Below are positions 10,348-21,582 of a DNA stretch of 64,000 nt, piece after piece. The notes under the pieces are model-generated. The model was not told the origin of the DNA. It ran no database searches and worked only from the letters and a program-made list of their open reading frames with translations. The stretch is from an uncultured archaeon (GTDB lineage: Archaea; Asgardarchaeota; Lokiarchaeia; Sigyniarchaeales; SOKP01), in contig CAZALK010000008.1 in the NCBI GenBank assembly GCA_964486045.1, forward strand, positions 32,001 through 96,000. Reading direction: 5' to 3'. Numbering within the stretch: position 1 is the first letter of the stretch; each line of letters begins with the position of its first letter. Position numbers and translations under genes: made by a program.

Positions 10348-11190
10348 ATGAAAGGAAAAATTTGCATGATTACTGGTGCAAACTCGGGTATTGGTAAAGC
10401 TACGGCTATTGGATTAACAAAAATGGGTGCAAAAATCGTCATGGTATGCCGTAATAAAAATAAAGGTGAAAAGGCTTTAGAAGATATCAAGAAAGAGTGT
10501 AACGACGGAACAGTTGATTTGATTATTGCAGATTTATCTTCACAAAAGGAAATCCATCAGCTTGTTAAAGATTATAAGGAAAAATATCAAGATTTGCACG
10601 TTTTAATAAATAACGCTGGTGTTAATCTTAATAAACGGGTTTTATCCGATGATGGGATTGAAACTACTTTTGCAGTTAACTATTTAGCACCATTTTTATT
10701 GAGTAATTTATTAATAGATCTTCTCCAAACTAGTAATCCAGCAAGAATAGTAAATGTAGCCTCAAGTATGCAAAGTAAATCTATTAATTTTGAGAATCTT
10801 AATGGAGAACAACATTATCGCCAATTGAATGCGTATGCACAATCGAAATTAGCAGTAATCCTCTTTACCTATGAGTTTGCGAGAAGAAATGAAGGGACAG
10901 GAGTATCTATTAACTGTCTTCATCCCGGATTTGTAAAAACTAATATGGTTAAGAATTTTAGACCCTTTGTCAAATATTTTTATCCTTTGATCGGTTTATT
11001 TATAAAAAGCCCAAAGAAAGGGGCTAAAACATCGATTTATCTAGCATCTTCACCTGAAGTTGAAGGTGTGAGTGGGAAATATTTCAAAAAAAAAAAGGAA
11101 GTAGAACCTGTGAAAGCCTCCTATGATGCAGAACTTATGAAACGTCTTTGGGATGTTAGTTTAGATTTGACTAGCCTTAGATTTGATTAA
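10348..11190 (+). CDS. Short-chain dehydrogenase/reductase (retinol dehydrogenase-like)
   Basis: TGANSGIG, NNAG, YAQSK, HPGFV. Confidence 0.92.
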   Translation: MKGKICMITGANSGIGKATAIGLTKMGAKIVMVCRNKNKGEKALEDIKKECNDGTVDLIIADLSSQKEIHQLVKDYKEKYQDLHVLINNAGVNLNKRVLSDDGIETTFAVNYLAPFLLSNLLIDLLQTSNPARIVNVASSMQSKSINFENLNGEQHYRQLNAYAQSKLAVILFTYEFARRNEGTGVSINCLHPGFVKTNMVKNFRPFVKYFYPLIGLFIKSPKKGAKTSIYLASSPEVEGVSGKYFKKKKEVEPVKASYDAELMKRLWDVSLDLTSLRFD

Positions 11191-11340
11191 AATAAGTTAA
11201 CATAACTTATTTCGCTAGATATTTCATAATTATATTAAAAACACCTTAATTTCTCCATATTGAATTTTATGAAACAAGGTTTATAATTGAAAGAATTAAA
11301 TAACTAAAATATATAACTTCAAGTTTTATCGCTAAAGAAA

Positions 11341-12720
11341 ATGACTCATATAAATTCTGGTTTTGTGAACAACAACAATATGATCTTGAGTACAGATTTT
11401 TACCAACTCACTATGGGTGCTGCATATTATCAGTACAACCTTGAAAATCACATAGATGAAAAAGATGATATCGCTACTTTTGAATTATTTGTTAGAAGTT
11501 TACCTAAAAATCGTAATTATTTAATTTTTGCTGGACTAGAACAAGCTATTTACTATTTATTAAATGCGAAATTCAACGAAAGAACGATTGAATTTCTTAG
11601 AAATAAGAAAGTTTTTAAAAATATTGATCAAAGTTTTTTCAACGAATACCTACCAAATTTTAAATTCAATATTGATTTATGGTCAATGAAAGAAGGTAAT
11701 TTCTTTTTTCCTAATGAACCAATATTAAGAATTCGTGGTCCATTACTTCATGCTCAACTCGCAGAAACTCACGTGCTAAATGTAATCAATTTCCAGACAT
11801 TAATAGCGTCTAAAGCCTCACGTATAAGGAATATTGCACCAAATAAAACGCTTCTTGAATTTGGTACGAGAAGATCTCACAGTCCACTTGCTGGTGTCTA
11901 TGCCGCAAGAGCCAGTTACATTGCGGGTTTTAATGGAACTAGTAATGTAATTGCTGATCTTGAATTTGGAATAAATTCTACCGGTACAATGGCTCACAGT
12001 TTTGTTCAAAAGTTTGAACGAGAGGAGGATAGCTTTACTGCTTATTTTGATATTTACGATAATAATACAATTCTTCTGATTGATACATACAATACTGAAA
12101 AAGGAGCTGAAAAGAGTATTCGATTTGGGAATGGGATAAAAGGGGTACGAATTGATTCTGGAGATCTTGGTGGTCATGCAAAAAAAGTGAGAAAGATTTT
12201 GGATAATGCAGGTAGCGAAAAAGTTCTGATCATTGCAAGTTCTGATCTAAATGAGTACAAAATTAAAAAAATGATAGATGAAAATGCACCAATTGATGCG
12301 TTTGGCGTTGGAACAGAATTAGCAACTTCTAGTGATGATCCCACCATTTCTGGAGTGTATAAATTAGTTGAATATAAAAATGAAGCTAAAATTAAGGTAA
12401 GTGAAGATAAAATTACCTTTCCAGGGACAAAACAAGTTTTTAGAGTATTTAATAAGAAGGGTGCGTTTAAGGAGGATATTTTAGCGCTTGAGAATGAACC
12501 CATTCCTACCAATTCAGAAGCACTGTTAGAACTTATTATGAAAAATGGCAAATTAGAGGCTAAGTTACCTAAGATAGACGAAATTCAACAGTTCTACTTA
12601 GAGAATATAAAAAAATTGCCACGAACGTATAAGAAACTAGAACAAATTCAAATTTTCACGTTAAATATATCACCAGATTTGGAAAGCTTAACAAGTTTAT
12701 TAAGAAAGAAATACCGATAA
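11341..12720 (+). CDS. pncB: Nicotinate phosphoribosyltransferase
   Basis: TDFYQLTM, EFGTRR, GTMAHS, LIDTY, RIDSGD, FGVGT, VYKLVE. Confidence 0.95.
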   Translation: MTHINSGFVNNNNMILSTDFYQLTMGAAYYQYNLENHIDEKDDIATFELFVRSLPKNRNYLIFAGLEQAIYYLLNAKFNERTIEFLRNKKVFKNIDQSFFNEYLPNFKFNIDLWSMKEGNFFFPNEPILRIRGPLLHAQLAETHVLNVINFQTLIASKASRIRNIAPNKTLLEFGTRRSHSPLAGVYAARASYIAGFNGTSNVIADLEFGINSTGTMAHSFVQKFEREEDSFTAYFDIYDNNTILLIDTYNTEKGAEKSIRFGNGIKGVRIDSGDLGGHAKKVRKILDNAGSEKVLIIASSDLNEYKIKKMIDENAPIDAFGVGTELATSSDDPTISGVYKLVEYKNEAKIKVSEDKITFPGTKQVFRVFNKKGAFKEDILALENEPIPTNSEALLELIMKNGKLEAKLPKIDEIQQFYLENIKKLPRTYKKLEQIQIFTLNISPDLESLTSLLRKKYR

Positions 12721-12849
12721 TTTTCTGGGACCTAATTTTTTTATCTTTGGAATTTTTTTACTTAAGATACAAAATTATAAATGATTACAGAGAAAATAAA
12801 TAAAAAGAATATCATGATTTGTGTATACTAAAAAAAGAGGAAAGGTAAA

Positions 12850-13422
12850 ATGGATGTAGAAGAAATAAGAGAATTATTAGGAAACGATTTTGCTTTTGTT
12901 TATAATGAAACAAATCCAGTTATTCAAGACTTAAATTTAGATAAGACTGCAAAAATTTTAGACATCGGGACAGGAATTGGCTTAATATTAATAACTCTGG
13001 CTTTAAATAATTTCACCATAATTACTGGTGAACCTGAGGATGATGAATCAAAATACGCAAAACAGGATTGGTTACAATTTGCTAAAAAAGCAAAAGTGGA
13101 TCATATGATAACATACACTCCATTTAATGCTGAAAAAATGCCATTTGAGGATTCTTCTTTTGACGCGATATTTATTTTCGGGGCGTTGCACCATATAGAT
13201 GACAAAAAAGCAGCTCTAAAAGAATGTAATCGAACAGTAAAAATAAATGGAATTATTTGTATTTTTGAACCAAATTCTAAAATGTTAAAATTTGTACGAG
13301 AACAGAAGGATCCAGATCATCCAGACGCAGTTGATCCAAGGGGATATGCCCAAAACCTTCATTTATCTGTAGAATTGATACAACGCCCTTTCTATGATAC
13401 ATTCATTTTAAAAAAGATATAA
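12850..13422 (+). CDS. Class I SAM-dependent methyltransferase
   Basis: ILDIGTGIG, MPFEDSSFD, ALHH. Confidence 0.85.
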   Translation: MDVEEIRELLGNDFAFVYNETNPVIQDLNLDKTAKILDIGTGIGLILITLALNNFTIITGEPEDDESKYAKQDWLQFAKKAKVDHMITYTPFNAEKMPFEDSSFDAIFIFGALHHIDDKKAALKECNRTVKINGIICIFEPNSKMLKFVREQKDPDHPDAVDPRGYAQNLHLSVELIQRPFYDTFILKKI

Positions 13423-13505
13423 AAAAAATTGTGTAATTTTTGGATTTTTTTAAAAACAAGCGCAAAATGCTAAGGATTTTAATCTAACTATTAATTCTCA
13501 ATTTT

Positions 13506-14300
13506 ATGACTAATTTTGAATTAATTGAATTAGAGATTGATGAACCGAATAACTTAGCTATTGTGTTCTTAAATCGTCCTAACCATTATAATGCTTTCAA
13601 CATTAAACTCATGGATGAATTAATTATTGCTTTTAACATAATTTTGGGTAATAAAAGGATAAGATGCATAATTCTTACTGGAATAGGAAAAGCTTTTTCT
13701 GCAGGAGGGGATGTTGTGGAATTTAAAAATGCAGAAAAACCTGATGAATTTATGGCAAAATTAGTAAGTAAATTGCATAAAGGAATAAAAATCCTTAAGA
13801 ATATGGGGACTCTCTCAATAGCCGCTATTAATGGTGCTTGCTTTGGGGCTGGTTTAGGTTATGCAACAACATGTGATTTTAGAATTAGTTCCGAGAATGC
13901 TACATTTGGTTGTGCTTTTACAAAAATAGGTTTATCTCCTGATTCTTCATCAACCTGGCATCTTCCTAAACTGGTAGGTTTAAGTCTGGCAAATGAGATG
14001 TTTTTCTTGAATAGAGTGCTCAATGCCGAAGAAGCTCTCCATTTTAACTTAGTAAATAAAATTTTCAACTCAGAAACATTTATGGAGGAAGTTAAAAAAT
14101 ATGCTATTCAGATAAGCCAGGGAGCACCGGTAGCATTTGCTTACACTAAAAGATTATTAAGAGAATCTTATACTAATGATTTAGAACCACATATTGAAAA
14201 AGAAGCTCAAAGTATTGTAAAAACTGCGGGAACAGAAGATTTTCAAGAAGGTATAAAAGCTTTCTTTGAAAAAAGAGATCCTAAATTTACTGGTGAATAA
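13506..14300 (+). CDS. Enoyl-CoA hydratase/isomerase family protein
   Basis: LNRP..NA, FSAGGD, AAINGACFGAG, GLSPD, EGIKAFFEKR. Confidence 0.92.
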   Translation: MTNFELIELEIDEPNNLAIVFLNRPNHYNAFNIKLMDELIIAFNIILGNKRIRCIILTGIGKAFSAGGDVVEFKNAEKPDEFMAKLVSKLHKGIKILKNMGTLSIAAINGACFGAGLGYATTCDFRISSENATFGCAFTKIGLSPDSSSTWHLPKLVGLSLANEMFFLNRVLNAEEALHFNLVNKIFNSETFMEEVKKYAIQISQGAPVAFAYTKRLLRESYTNDLEPHIEKEAQSIVKTAGTEDFQEGIKAFFEKRDPKFTGE

Positions 14301-14528
14301 TTAAATAGTAATATTATACGATTTGAGAATTGTTTTTATGATTCTATAATATAAAAATATCAAATTCCCAAAAAATGGGAGTAAAAACCCCGAGACTATG
14401 ATTTTAAAGTTTATATCAAAACATATTAGCAAAAATAGGAAAAGTAGAAAAACCTTTATAAATCAGCACTTCGTATTTGTATAAATACATGTTTAAATAA
14501 ATAATGATGTAATTGGTGTTAACAAAAA

Positions 14529-16265
14529 ATGTATCACTTAAACGATGAAGATTATGTAAACGAACCTTATTATCGGAAAACTACAAGTATATGCCCTGAA
14601 TGCTTACAGCCAATTGGTGCTGAAATCTATGAAGAAGATGAAAAAATATATATGAAAAAAACATGCGAAGATCATGGATTCTTCAAAGATTTACTCAGTA
14701 GCTCTGCAAAATATTATAAATGGACACATTATTCTGTAAAAGATAAGAATGGAAATGTTGTCTGGAAATTCGATAAAGATGGTGACACTAATCCACCAGA
14801 TTTTCAAGGAGACGATCCAAGAGGGTGTCCTTATAACTGTGGACTCTGCGAACAGCATATTTCAACTTGTTCATTGGCTTTAATAGATCTAACTAATCGA
14901 TGTAATTTTAACTGTAACTTTTGTTACGCAAATATCTTGCAAAGTGGCTATTTAGTTCAGCCAACCTTAGAAGAAATCGATAGGGTAATGAAACACTTTA
15001 GAAGTAAACCTATTCCAGCAGTTGCAATTATGTTTACGGGCGGAGAGCCTACTGTCAGAAAGGATTTTCCTGAGATTTGTAAGATGGCTAAAGACAATGG
15101 ATTTAAAGAGGTAATAGTCGCTACAAACGGTTATGGTTTTCAAAGAAAGAAAGGTGGCTTAGAATTTACCAAAAAATGTAAGGAAATGGGCTTAGATACA
15201 CTATACTTCCAATTTGATGGGATCAATGATGCGACTTATGAAAAAACTCGTGGAATTAAGCATTTAATGGCATACAAACAAAGGGTTGTTGATAACCTTA
15301 GAAAGGCAAAACTCGATTCAACTGTATTAGTTGCTACAATTGCTAAGGGAATTACTGACGTTGAGGTTGGAAATATTATTCAATACGCAATTGATAATAT
15401 AGATGTTATACGCGGAATAACATTTCAGCCCGTTTCTTTATGTGGTCGAATTGCGTTTGAAGAACGCAGTGAACTTAGAATAACCAATGCAGATGTCCTA
15501 AAGAAAATTGAAGAACAAACCGGAGGAAGGATAAGCATGGAAAATTCGTGGTATCCACTCTCGACTATTGTGGAACTCGGTAGAATTATCGCTTATCTAG
15601 CAGATGTTGAACCTATTGAGTTTACCTGTCATCCTGATTGTGGTTTTGCCTCGTATATGGCCATAGACCCTGATACTGGTGAAATGATGCCGATAATGGA
15701 ATATTTTGAGCCGTTTAAAGTAATTGACTTCGCAAACAAATTTTGGGAAAAGATTAAAAAGAAAGAAAAGCAGCCCATAAAGCTCTTTGAAAATTTACTC
15801 GGTGACTTTGGTAAAACTCTAGATGAAGGATTAAATTTCCTTGACAAAACCCAGCTTCGAGCGCGATTCCTATTAGGAATCTTACAGTATGCTAAAAAAC
15901 CGGGTAAGCTCATGGAAATGTTCAGCAGAGTTCTTATTAATGGTGATTGGGAAAGTATCAGCTCTTTCAGTTACGGAACCCTTCTTTTAAGCTCAATGCA
16001 TTTTCAAGACGCATACAATATGGATTTGGAAAGAACAAAAAGATGTATTGTTCATTTCGGTATAGCAATGCCGGACGGCACCGTCAAGGAATGCTCGTTC
16101 TGCACAATGAATACAATTCACAGGCCAGAGATTGAAAAACAAATAGCGAAACATATCACAGCTAAAGTCAGAGATGAATTTGACACGACTACCGGTCAAG
16201 AAGTCTTAGAAGTCCAACCAGAAATCGCACGAAATGGTGGAATTAAAACGGAGAGTGATAAATAA
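14529..16265 (+). CDS. tes: Radical SAM tetraether lipid synthase Tes / GDGT-MAS (MJ0619 family)
   Basis: N-terminal SICPEC...KKTCEDHG, GCPYNCGLCEQH, radical SAM CNFNCNFC, TCHPDCG, HFQDAYNMDLER.KRC, SFCTMN. Confidence 0.8.
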   Translation: MYHLNDEDYVNEPYYRKTTSICPECLQPIGAEIYEEDEKIYMKKTCEDHGFFKDLLSSSAKYYKWTHYSVKDKNGNVVWKFDKDGDTNPPDFQGDDPRGCPYNCGLCEQHISTCSLALIDLTNRCNFNCNFCYANILQSGYLVQPTLEEIDRVMKHFRSKPIPAVAIMFTGGEPTVRKDFPEICKMAKDNGFKEVIVATNGYGFQRKKGGLEFTKKCKEMGLDTLYFQFDGINDATYEKTRGIKHLMAYKQRVVDNLRKAKLDSTVLVATIAKGITDVEVGNIIQYAIDNIDVIRGITFQPVSLCGRIAFEERSELRITNADVLKKIEEQTGGRISMENSWYPLSTIVELGRIIAYLADVEPIEFTCHPDCGFASYMAIDPDTGEMMPIMEYFEPFKVIDFANKFWEKIKKKEKQPIKLFENLLGDFGKTLDEGLNFLDKTQLRARFLLGILQYAKKPGKLMEMFSRVLINGDWESISSFSYGTLLLSSMHFQDAYNMDLERTKRCIVHFGIAMPDGTVKECSFCTMNTIHRPEIEKQIAKHITAKVRDEFDTTTGQEVLEVQPEIARNGGIKTESDK

Positions 16266-16553
16266 ATGTCTGATGAATTTGTAAAAACAAAAGATGGCAT
16301 GAAGATACGTAAATTAACGGAGTTAAGAACGAGTACTGCGAAAGAATATGAACAAGTAATGCTCGATAGAGTCGAGGAGTTCAAAGGCAAGAATGCGGAT
16401 AAAAGTATTTTCAATAATTTCGTACAAAATACACTAGTATCTGGAATTGGTGTCCTTATGAACCTTAAAGTCAAGATTGATGAAGTTTTAGGAGAAGAAA
16501 ACCAAAAAAAAATTCACGAAATATTAGATAGTGCCCTTCTATTAGGGCTTTAA
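16266..16553 (+). CDS. Hypothetical protein abutting tes
   Basis: ATG immediately follows the tes stop (TAAATG); T-tract downstream. Confidence 0.7.
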   Translation: MSDEFVKTKDGMKIRKLTELRTSTAKEYEQVMLDRVEEFKGKNADKSIFNNFVQNTLVSGIGVLMNLKVKIDEVLGEENQKKIHEILDSALLLGL

Positions 16554-16613
16554 ATAACTTTTTTTACCTTTTACTTTTAATTATTAGTCTTCTACACATC
16601 TGAAAGCTTACCA

Positions 16614-18401
16614 TTAATTATAAACTAATTTACTTAATTCTTCTACTTTACGGGCTAAATAATCGATACCTTTTTGCCAAAAGGAAGAGTCATTAAGATT
16701 AATATCGAGTGTAGAAAGCATCTTTTCAGGAGAAAGAGAAGTGCCTAAAGAAAGCAATTTAATGAATTTTGGGATAAATTCCTCTTTTTGTTCTAAATAC
16801 AATTGATATAATGAAATTACTAATAGGTTTGACATGTTGTATGCATAGACATAAAAAGGAGCACTTAAGAAGTGCGGAATTACAAAACAATATTCAGCAT
16901 AATCATCTTTAAGATTACTAATAGAGTTTCCAAACATTGCCTTCATTTCTTCTATGAATTTTTCTTTAATTTCGTTTGTCGTTGGAAGTTTTTTTTCAAT
17001 CATATCATGTATTTTTACTTCAAAATTATAGAAAGCGTTTTGTCTAAATGAGGTTGCAATGTTTTTTTCAATAAATATGCATAGTAGTGCGATTCTTTCT
17101 TCGTTAGTAAGGTCTGTATTCATTAAATGATCCAAAGTTAACATTTCATTAAAATTAGAAGCAATTTCCGCTACAGCTAGAGATATACCATTATTAAGAT
17201 AATTTTGATCTCTTTGGATATAAAAAAGTTGGATTGCATGACCTAATTCGTGAGAAAGAGCTAGGATTGAATCAACAGTCTCAGTAAAATTAATAAACAC
17301 AAAGGGATAATGTTTTAACTTTCCGAATCCACAAAAAGCACCCCTATTTTTCCCTTTTCTTGGAGTTACATCTATATGTTCAAGTTCAAGCATTTTTTCT
17401 ACGATATTTTTGAATTCGGGGTGAAACTGTTCATTCACTGTCTTAATGAGCTCAATTGCTTCGGAATATGAAAAATTTTTAGTGATCTCACTGACAGGTG
17501 CATACAAATCAGACATATGCAGTTCAGTAAGTCCTAATAATTTCTTCTTAAGGTTGTAATATATTTCAACTATTTGATAATTTTTTGTTGTCACATTCCC
17601 GAGAACTTCCACAATTTCGTCGCTCAACTCATTACTAAGATTTCTTCTCGATATAGGATTTCTATAATTCTTTTTCTTACTTCCTAAGTCCCAATCTTTT
17701 AAGATATTATTAAAAATATGAGTGAAAACCATTTCATTTTCCTTATATTTTTTTACAATAGTTTGTAGAGCATTATATCTGAGTTCTTTATCTGGTTGAT
17801 ACATAAAAGCGAACAATTCGGATTCTGTTAATTTTCTCTTTTCCCCATCAACTTCAAAGTCATATATGAAGCTACTTTTCAATTCACCATAGAGTTTGAT
17901 AAACCCATTCACTCCAGTTAAGTTCTTCATCAAAATTATTTGTTCTTCTTTTTCGGAAAGTTGGTGGGGTTTTTCCTTCCGATTTACATCAAGCACATGA
18001 TAGTAATTCTCCAACAATGGGGATGCAATCATTTTATCATATTTATCATCTGAAATTAAATTAAATTCTAAGGGGAAAAACAGAATCATATCCTGTATTT
18101 TTACATTAATTTCTTCGATTTTCGATTTAAAAGTCTTAATCTCATCATTTAGAGTATTAGTGGAATACGAAAATAATGCATAAAAGTGTAAATATGCTGA
18201 TTTTTCAGAGATATCCTCGTACTCTTGTAACCATCCTAACAATTGTTCTGGAGTTAAAGTGGGAACATTGACTTTCCCTTTTACGTTATGGTTAAATTCT
18301 TCTGATGCTTTTAATACAGATTGGATATCTTTTTCAATATTAGAATCAGTAATACTCTCATAAAAATCACTCAAATCCCACTCAATGATTTCTTTGGTCA
18401 T
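16614..18401 (-). CDS. pepF: Oligoendopeptidase F (M3B peptidase)
   Basis: WDLSDFY N-terminus, KGKxxGAFC, HELGH, AEIAS, PHF...FYVYAY. Confidence 0.9.
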   Translation of the reverse strand: MTKEIIEWDLSDFYESITDSNIEKDIQSVLKASEEFNHNVKGKVNVPTLTPEQLLGWLQEYEDISEKSAYLHFYALFSYSTNTLNDEIKTFKSKIEEINVKIQDMILFFPLEFNLISDDKYDKMIASPLLENYYHVLDVNRKEKPHQLSEKEEQIILMKNLTGVNGFIKLYGELKSSFIYDFEVDGEKRKLTESELFAFMYQPDKELRYNALQTIVKKYKENEMVFTHIFNNILKDWDLGSKKKNYRNPISRRNLSNELSDEIVEVLGNVTTKNYQIVEIYYNLKKKLLGLTELHMSDLYAPVSEITKNFSYSEAIELIKTVNEQFHPEFKNIVEKMLELEHIDVTPRKGKNRGAFCGFGKLKHYPFVFINFTETVDSILALSHELGHAIQLFYIQRDQNYLNNGISLAVAEIASNFNEMLTLDHLMNTDLTNEERIALLCIFIEKNIATSFRQNAFYNFEVKIHDMIEKKLPTTNEIKEKFIEEMKAMFGNSISNLKDDYAEYCFVIPHFLSAPFYVYAYNMSNLLVISLYQLYLEQKEEFIPKFIKLLSLGTSLSPEKMLSTLDINLNDSSFWQKGIDYLARKVEELSKLVYN

Positions 18402-18582
18402 ATTTCAGAAAAGAAGCAATAATTATTTGAAGTTTACTAGAAGTTTAAAACATAATTTAGTTAAATGACCAGTCGGAATTATGGAAGGTATTTTAATTCC
18501 ATTTTTTATTTTTTTCAGATATATTTTTTAAATCATAAAAACTATTTATTTCACTAAAAAGTCATACTAAAAAACTTACAGA

Positions 18583-19509
18583 GTGAAATATCAAATGGTT
18601 AGTGAAGGGATGAAAACAATAATAAACATGCTTTTCCAACAAGGAGAAGTTGCGACAAAAAAAAGAGTAGAAGAAGGTCGTGCTAAATTTGATCAATTAG
18701 AAGCTATGTTACAAATTCCAAATGATGTAAAAATTGAGAAAATCGAAGTTAGCGGTGTTCCTGCCCTATGGATAAGCACTCCTGAAGTTGTAGAGGAAAA
18801 TATTGTCCTATATTTACATGGAGGAGGTTATGTTCAGGGTTCAATCAATTCACATAAGGAGTTTGGTTCAAGGATTTCTCGGGTTTCAAATTCGCGAGTA
18901 TTATTATTAGATTACCGTCTAGCACCTGAAAATCCCTATCCCGCAGCTTTAGATGATGCGGTTGCTGCTTATAAATGGCTGATCGATAGCCAAGGAATTA
19001 ATCCTAAAAATGTAATAATTGGAGGAGAATCAGCTGGAGGAGGTTTAACATTAGCAACGCTTTTGAGATTACGAGATACTGGCATCACGTTACCTACCGC
19101 AGCAATTATACTTTCACCATGGGCAGATTTACTTATGACTGGAGATTCAATGAGAACAAAAGCAAAAGTAGATCCTCTTGCGAATGCAAGTGACCTTTTC
19201 TTCTTAGCTTCTTTATATATCGGAGAAGATGATCCCAAGAATCCTTATATATCACCATTTTATGCTGATCTCAAAGGATTACCACCTATGTTAATACAAG
19301 TAGGTGGTGCTGAAGTTTTGCTAAACGACGCTACTAGAATTGCAGAAAAAGCAAAAATTGCTGGAGTTGATGTTCTTTTAGACGTATGGGAAGATATGAT
19401 TCATATGTTTCAGATGTTTGCATTTATGGCTCCAGAAGGCCAGAAAGCAACTGAAAAAATAGGAGAGTTTATTCAAAAACACCTAAAAAAAGAAGTTCAG
19501 ATAATTTAG
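18583..19509 (+). CDS. Alpha/beta hydrolase, HSL-family esterase
   Basis: HGGG, DYRLAPE, GESAGG, catalytic E and H near the C-terminus. Confidence 0.92.
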   Translation: MKYQMVSEGMKTIINMLFQQGEVATKKRVEEGRAKFDQLEAMLQIPNDVKIEKIEVSGVPALWISTPEVVEENIVLYLHGGGYVQGSINSHKEFGSRISRVSNSRVLLLDYRLAPENPYPAALDDAVAAYKWLIDSQGINPKNVIIGGESAGGGLTLATLLRLRDTGITLPTAAIILSPWADLLMTGDSMRTKAKVDPLANASDLFFLASLYIGEDDPKNPYISPFYADLKGLPPMLIQVGGAEVLLNDATRIAEKAKIAGVDVLLDVWEDMIHMFQMFAFMAPEGQKATEKIGEFIQKHLKKEVQII

Positions 19510-19594
19510 TATTGAAATTTAATTTTTTTTTTTATCCTCCAGAAATATTATTTCCATAAGATATTTTTGAAATAGAATTTTAATTAAAGTTATC

Positions 19595-20677
19595 ATGGGA
19601 TATGACATTATCTCATTGCCAGTTACAATTCTCTTTATACTAAGTGGATCAGGGTTATTTTATTATGCGATTAGACTCAATCAAAAATATCCAATGGAAC
19701 ACAATTTTATTAACAGTATTTTAACATACTTGTTATGGCTAACAGCAGGAATAATATATCCTCTCTTTTTCTCTGCCTATAATCCGAATATTCGATTTTT
19801 CCAAATGCTGTCAACCTTCTTTATTTGTATATTCACTCCAAGTATAATAATTTTAATTCTGTATTATCAATACAAATTAATTGTAGAGAAGCATCCAAAT
19901 ATAAAAGAAAAACGGAATATTGAAACTTTTTTACAGAGCTTTGGTCAAAAGAACAGTCAAAATTCAGATCAAAGATCAAAAAAACTAAGAACAGATATCC
20001 ATAGAAAAGCATTACCTATATTTCCTGCTGGAATAATAATTTTACTTTGGATTTTTGCAGTATATATTTGGGATGATATCTGGAATGTTAATCTAGTTTG
20101 GGGAATAACTGGAAAGGAATTTGGTAGATTCTTAATTTTAACTGCGGGATATTCGGGAATTTTAGTATTTGGTGCTTTAGATTATATCAGATTATCTTAT
20201 GTTTTTGAAAAAAAGAACCTATTCCATCTTATCCCAGATAATGTTTTAAATCTCTTAAGTAAGTCTATGAGGCGTGAAGAAAATTTTGATTTCATAAGGC
20301 CAACAGTCCTAGTTCTATCATTTGCTCCCATATTTTTTTTTCCATTCTGCATATTTGCAACTTCAATATTAATCGCAACGATTGGAGATGGAGCCGCATC
20401 TGTGTTTGGACTTAGATTTGGGAGAATTAAATTTCCTAGATCGTCTGAAAAAACGATTATTGGATATGTGGCAGGTTTTTTAGCCTCTTTTGGTATAGCT
20501 TTTATAATAATCATATCATTTGAACCAGCTCTGCAAAACATCAAGATTTTGTTAATTAGTATTAGTGGAGGACTTACATTTCTTATAATTGATCTTCTAA
20601 ATCTAAGAATTGATGATAATATCTTAAATCCAATTTTTTGTTCCTTGATAATGGGAGTTTTGTATTTTCTCTTGTGA
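19595..20677 (+). CDS. CTP-dependent polyprenol (dolichol/phytol) kinase family membrane protein
   Basis: Multi-TM; RK..., GDGAAS..G.RFG, SEKT..G, DDN motifs. Confidence 0.75.
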   Translation: MGYDIISLPVTILFILSGSGLFYYAIRLNQKYPMEHNFINSILTYLLWLTAGIIYPLFFSAYNPNIRFFQMLSTFFICIFTPSIIILILYYQYKLIVEKHPNIKEKRNIETFLQSFGQKNSQNSDQRSKKLRTDIHRKALPIFPAGIIILLWIFAVYIWDDIWNVNLVWGITGKEFGRFLILTAGYSGILVFGALDYIRLSYVFEKKNLFHLIPDNVLNLLSKSMRREENFDFIRPTVLVLSFAPIFFFPFCIFATSILIATIGDGAASVFGLRFGRIKFPRSSEKTIIGYVAGFLASFGIAFIIIISFEPALQNIKILLISISGGLTFLIIDLLNLRIDDNILNPIFCSLIMGVLYFLL

Positions 20678-21120
20678 CGATGATTTTAAAATACCAATAC
20701 CTGGCGTAGTTCTAATTTTAAGAAATTAAAGAAATCATGAATAATGAAAGGTAAAAAAAAAAATAGTAAAATAGATTTTGACGCAATATGTAAAAATAAG
20801 CTAAACTGGTTTAACATATTCAGTGATTTCAAACTTATATATTACAATTTGCCTTCTTTTTAATCGATATTTCGCTTTGTTTATTTTAAAAACAATATTT
20901 TACTATTGTGTAGAAGATATAAGACAAATGTTTATTTAAAGCTTTTCTTCATGCTTATCTTTATATCCAACCAAAATATCGTTTAAATAACTAATTTCTT
21001 TGTTATTGAGTTCAATTTTTGAAGGATTTATTGTTAACACATCTATAAAAATAAAATTTTATAAATAGTTATGTTCTAAACATATTGCCACAATATTTTA
21101 AACAATAAATAAAAAATATA

Positions 21121-21564
21121 TTGAGAGTGAAAGTGAAAAATTTGCCTCGTGTAGAGAGAAAAGTGGATATTTCAGCACCTCAAGAAAAGATTTTCAAGAT
21201 AATTGATACAGATCGGGATTATGCTCGATGGAATATTGTCGTGAATGAGGTTACTGAGCTTGGTCCAGGTAACTATTTCTTTAAAACAAATGTGGGAGAT
21301 GTCACGTCAACTCGTGTTGAAACCAATCCGCCTGAGAGTCTTTCTGCGTCTCAAGAAGGAAGCCCAATGACAAGTTTAGGTTATGTATTAAAACCAAAGG
21401 GAGATATTGTAGAAGCTACGATTTGGGCGGAATTCGATGATGCAGGTCAAGAACAAATACTTGGTATGGCTGGGGAGATGCTTGTAAGTAGTTTGAAAAA
21501 ATATGCTGAATACCTTGAAGCTGGAGGAAATCCAGAAGATTATAACAAAAAGAAAAAATACTGA
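21121..21564 (+). CDS. SRPBCC (START-like) family protein
   Basis: ISAPQEKIF...ARWN ... LKKYAE pattern. Confidence 0.75.
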   Translation: MRVKVKNLPRVERKVDISAPQEKIFKIIDTDRDYARWNIVVNEVTELGPGNYFFKTNVGDVTSTRVETNPPESLSASQEGSPMTSLGYVLKPKGDIVEATIWAEFDDAGQEQILGMAGEMLVSSLKKYAEYLEAGGNPEDYNKKKKY

Positions 21565-21582
21565 AATTAATTTATTATTAAA

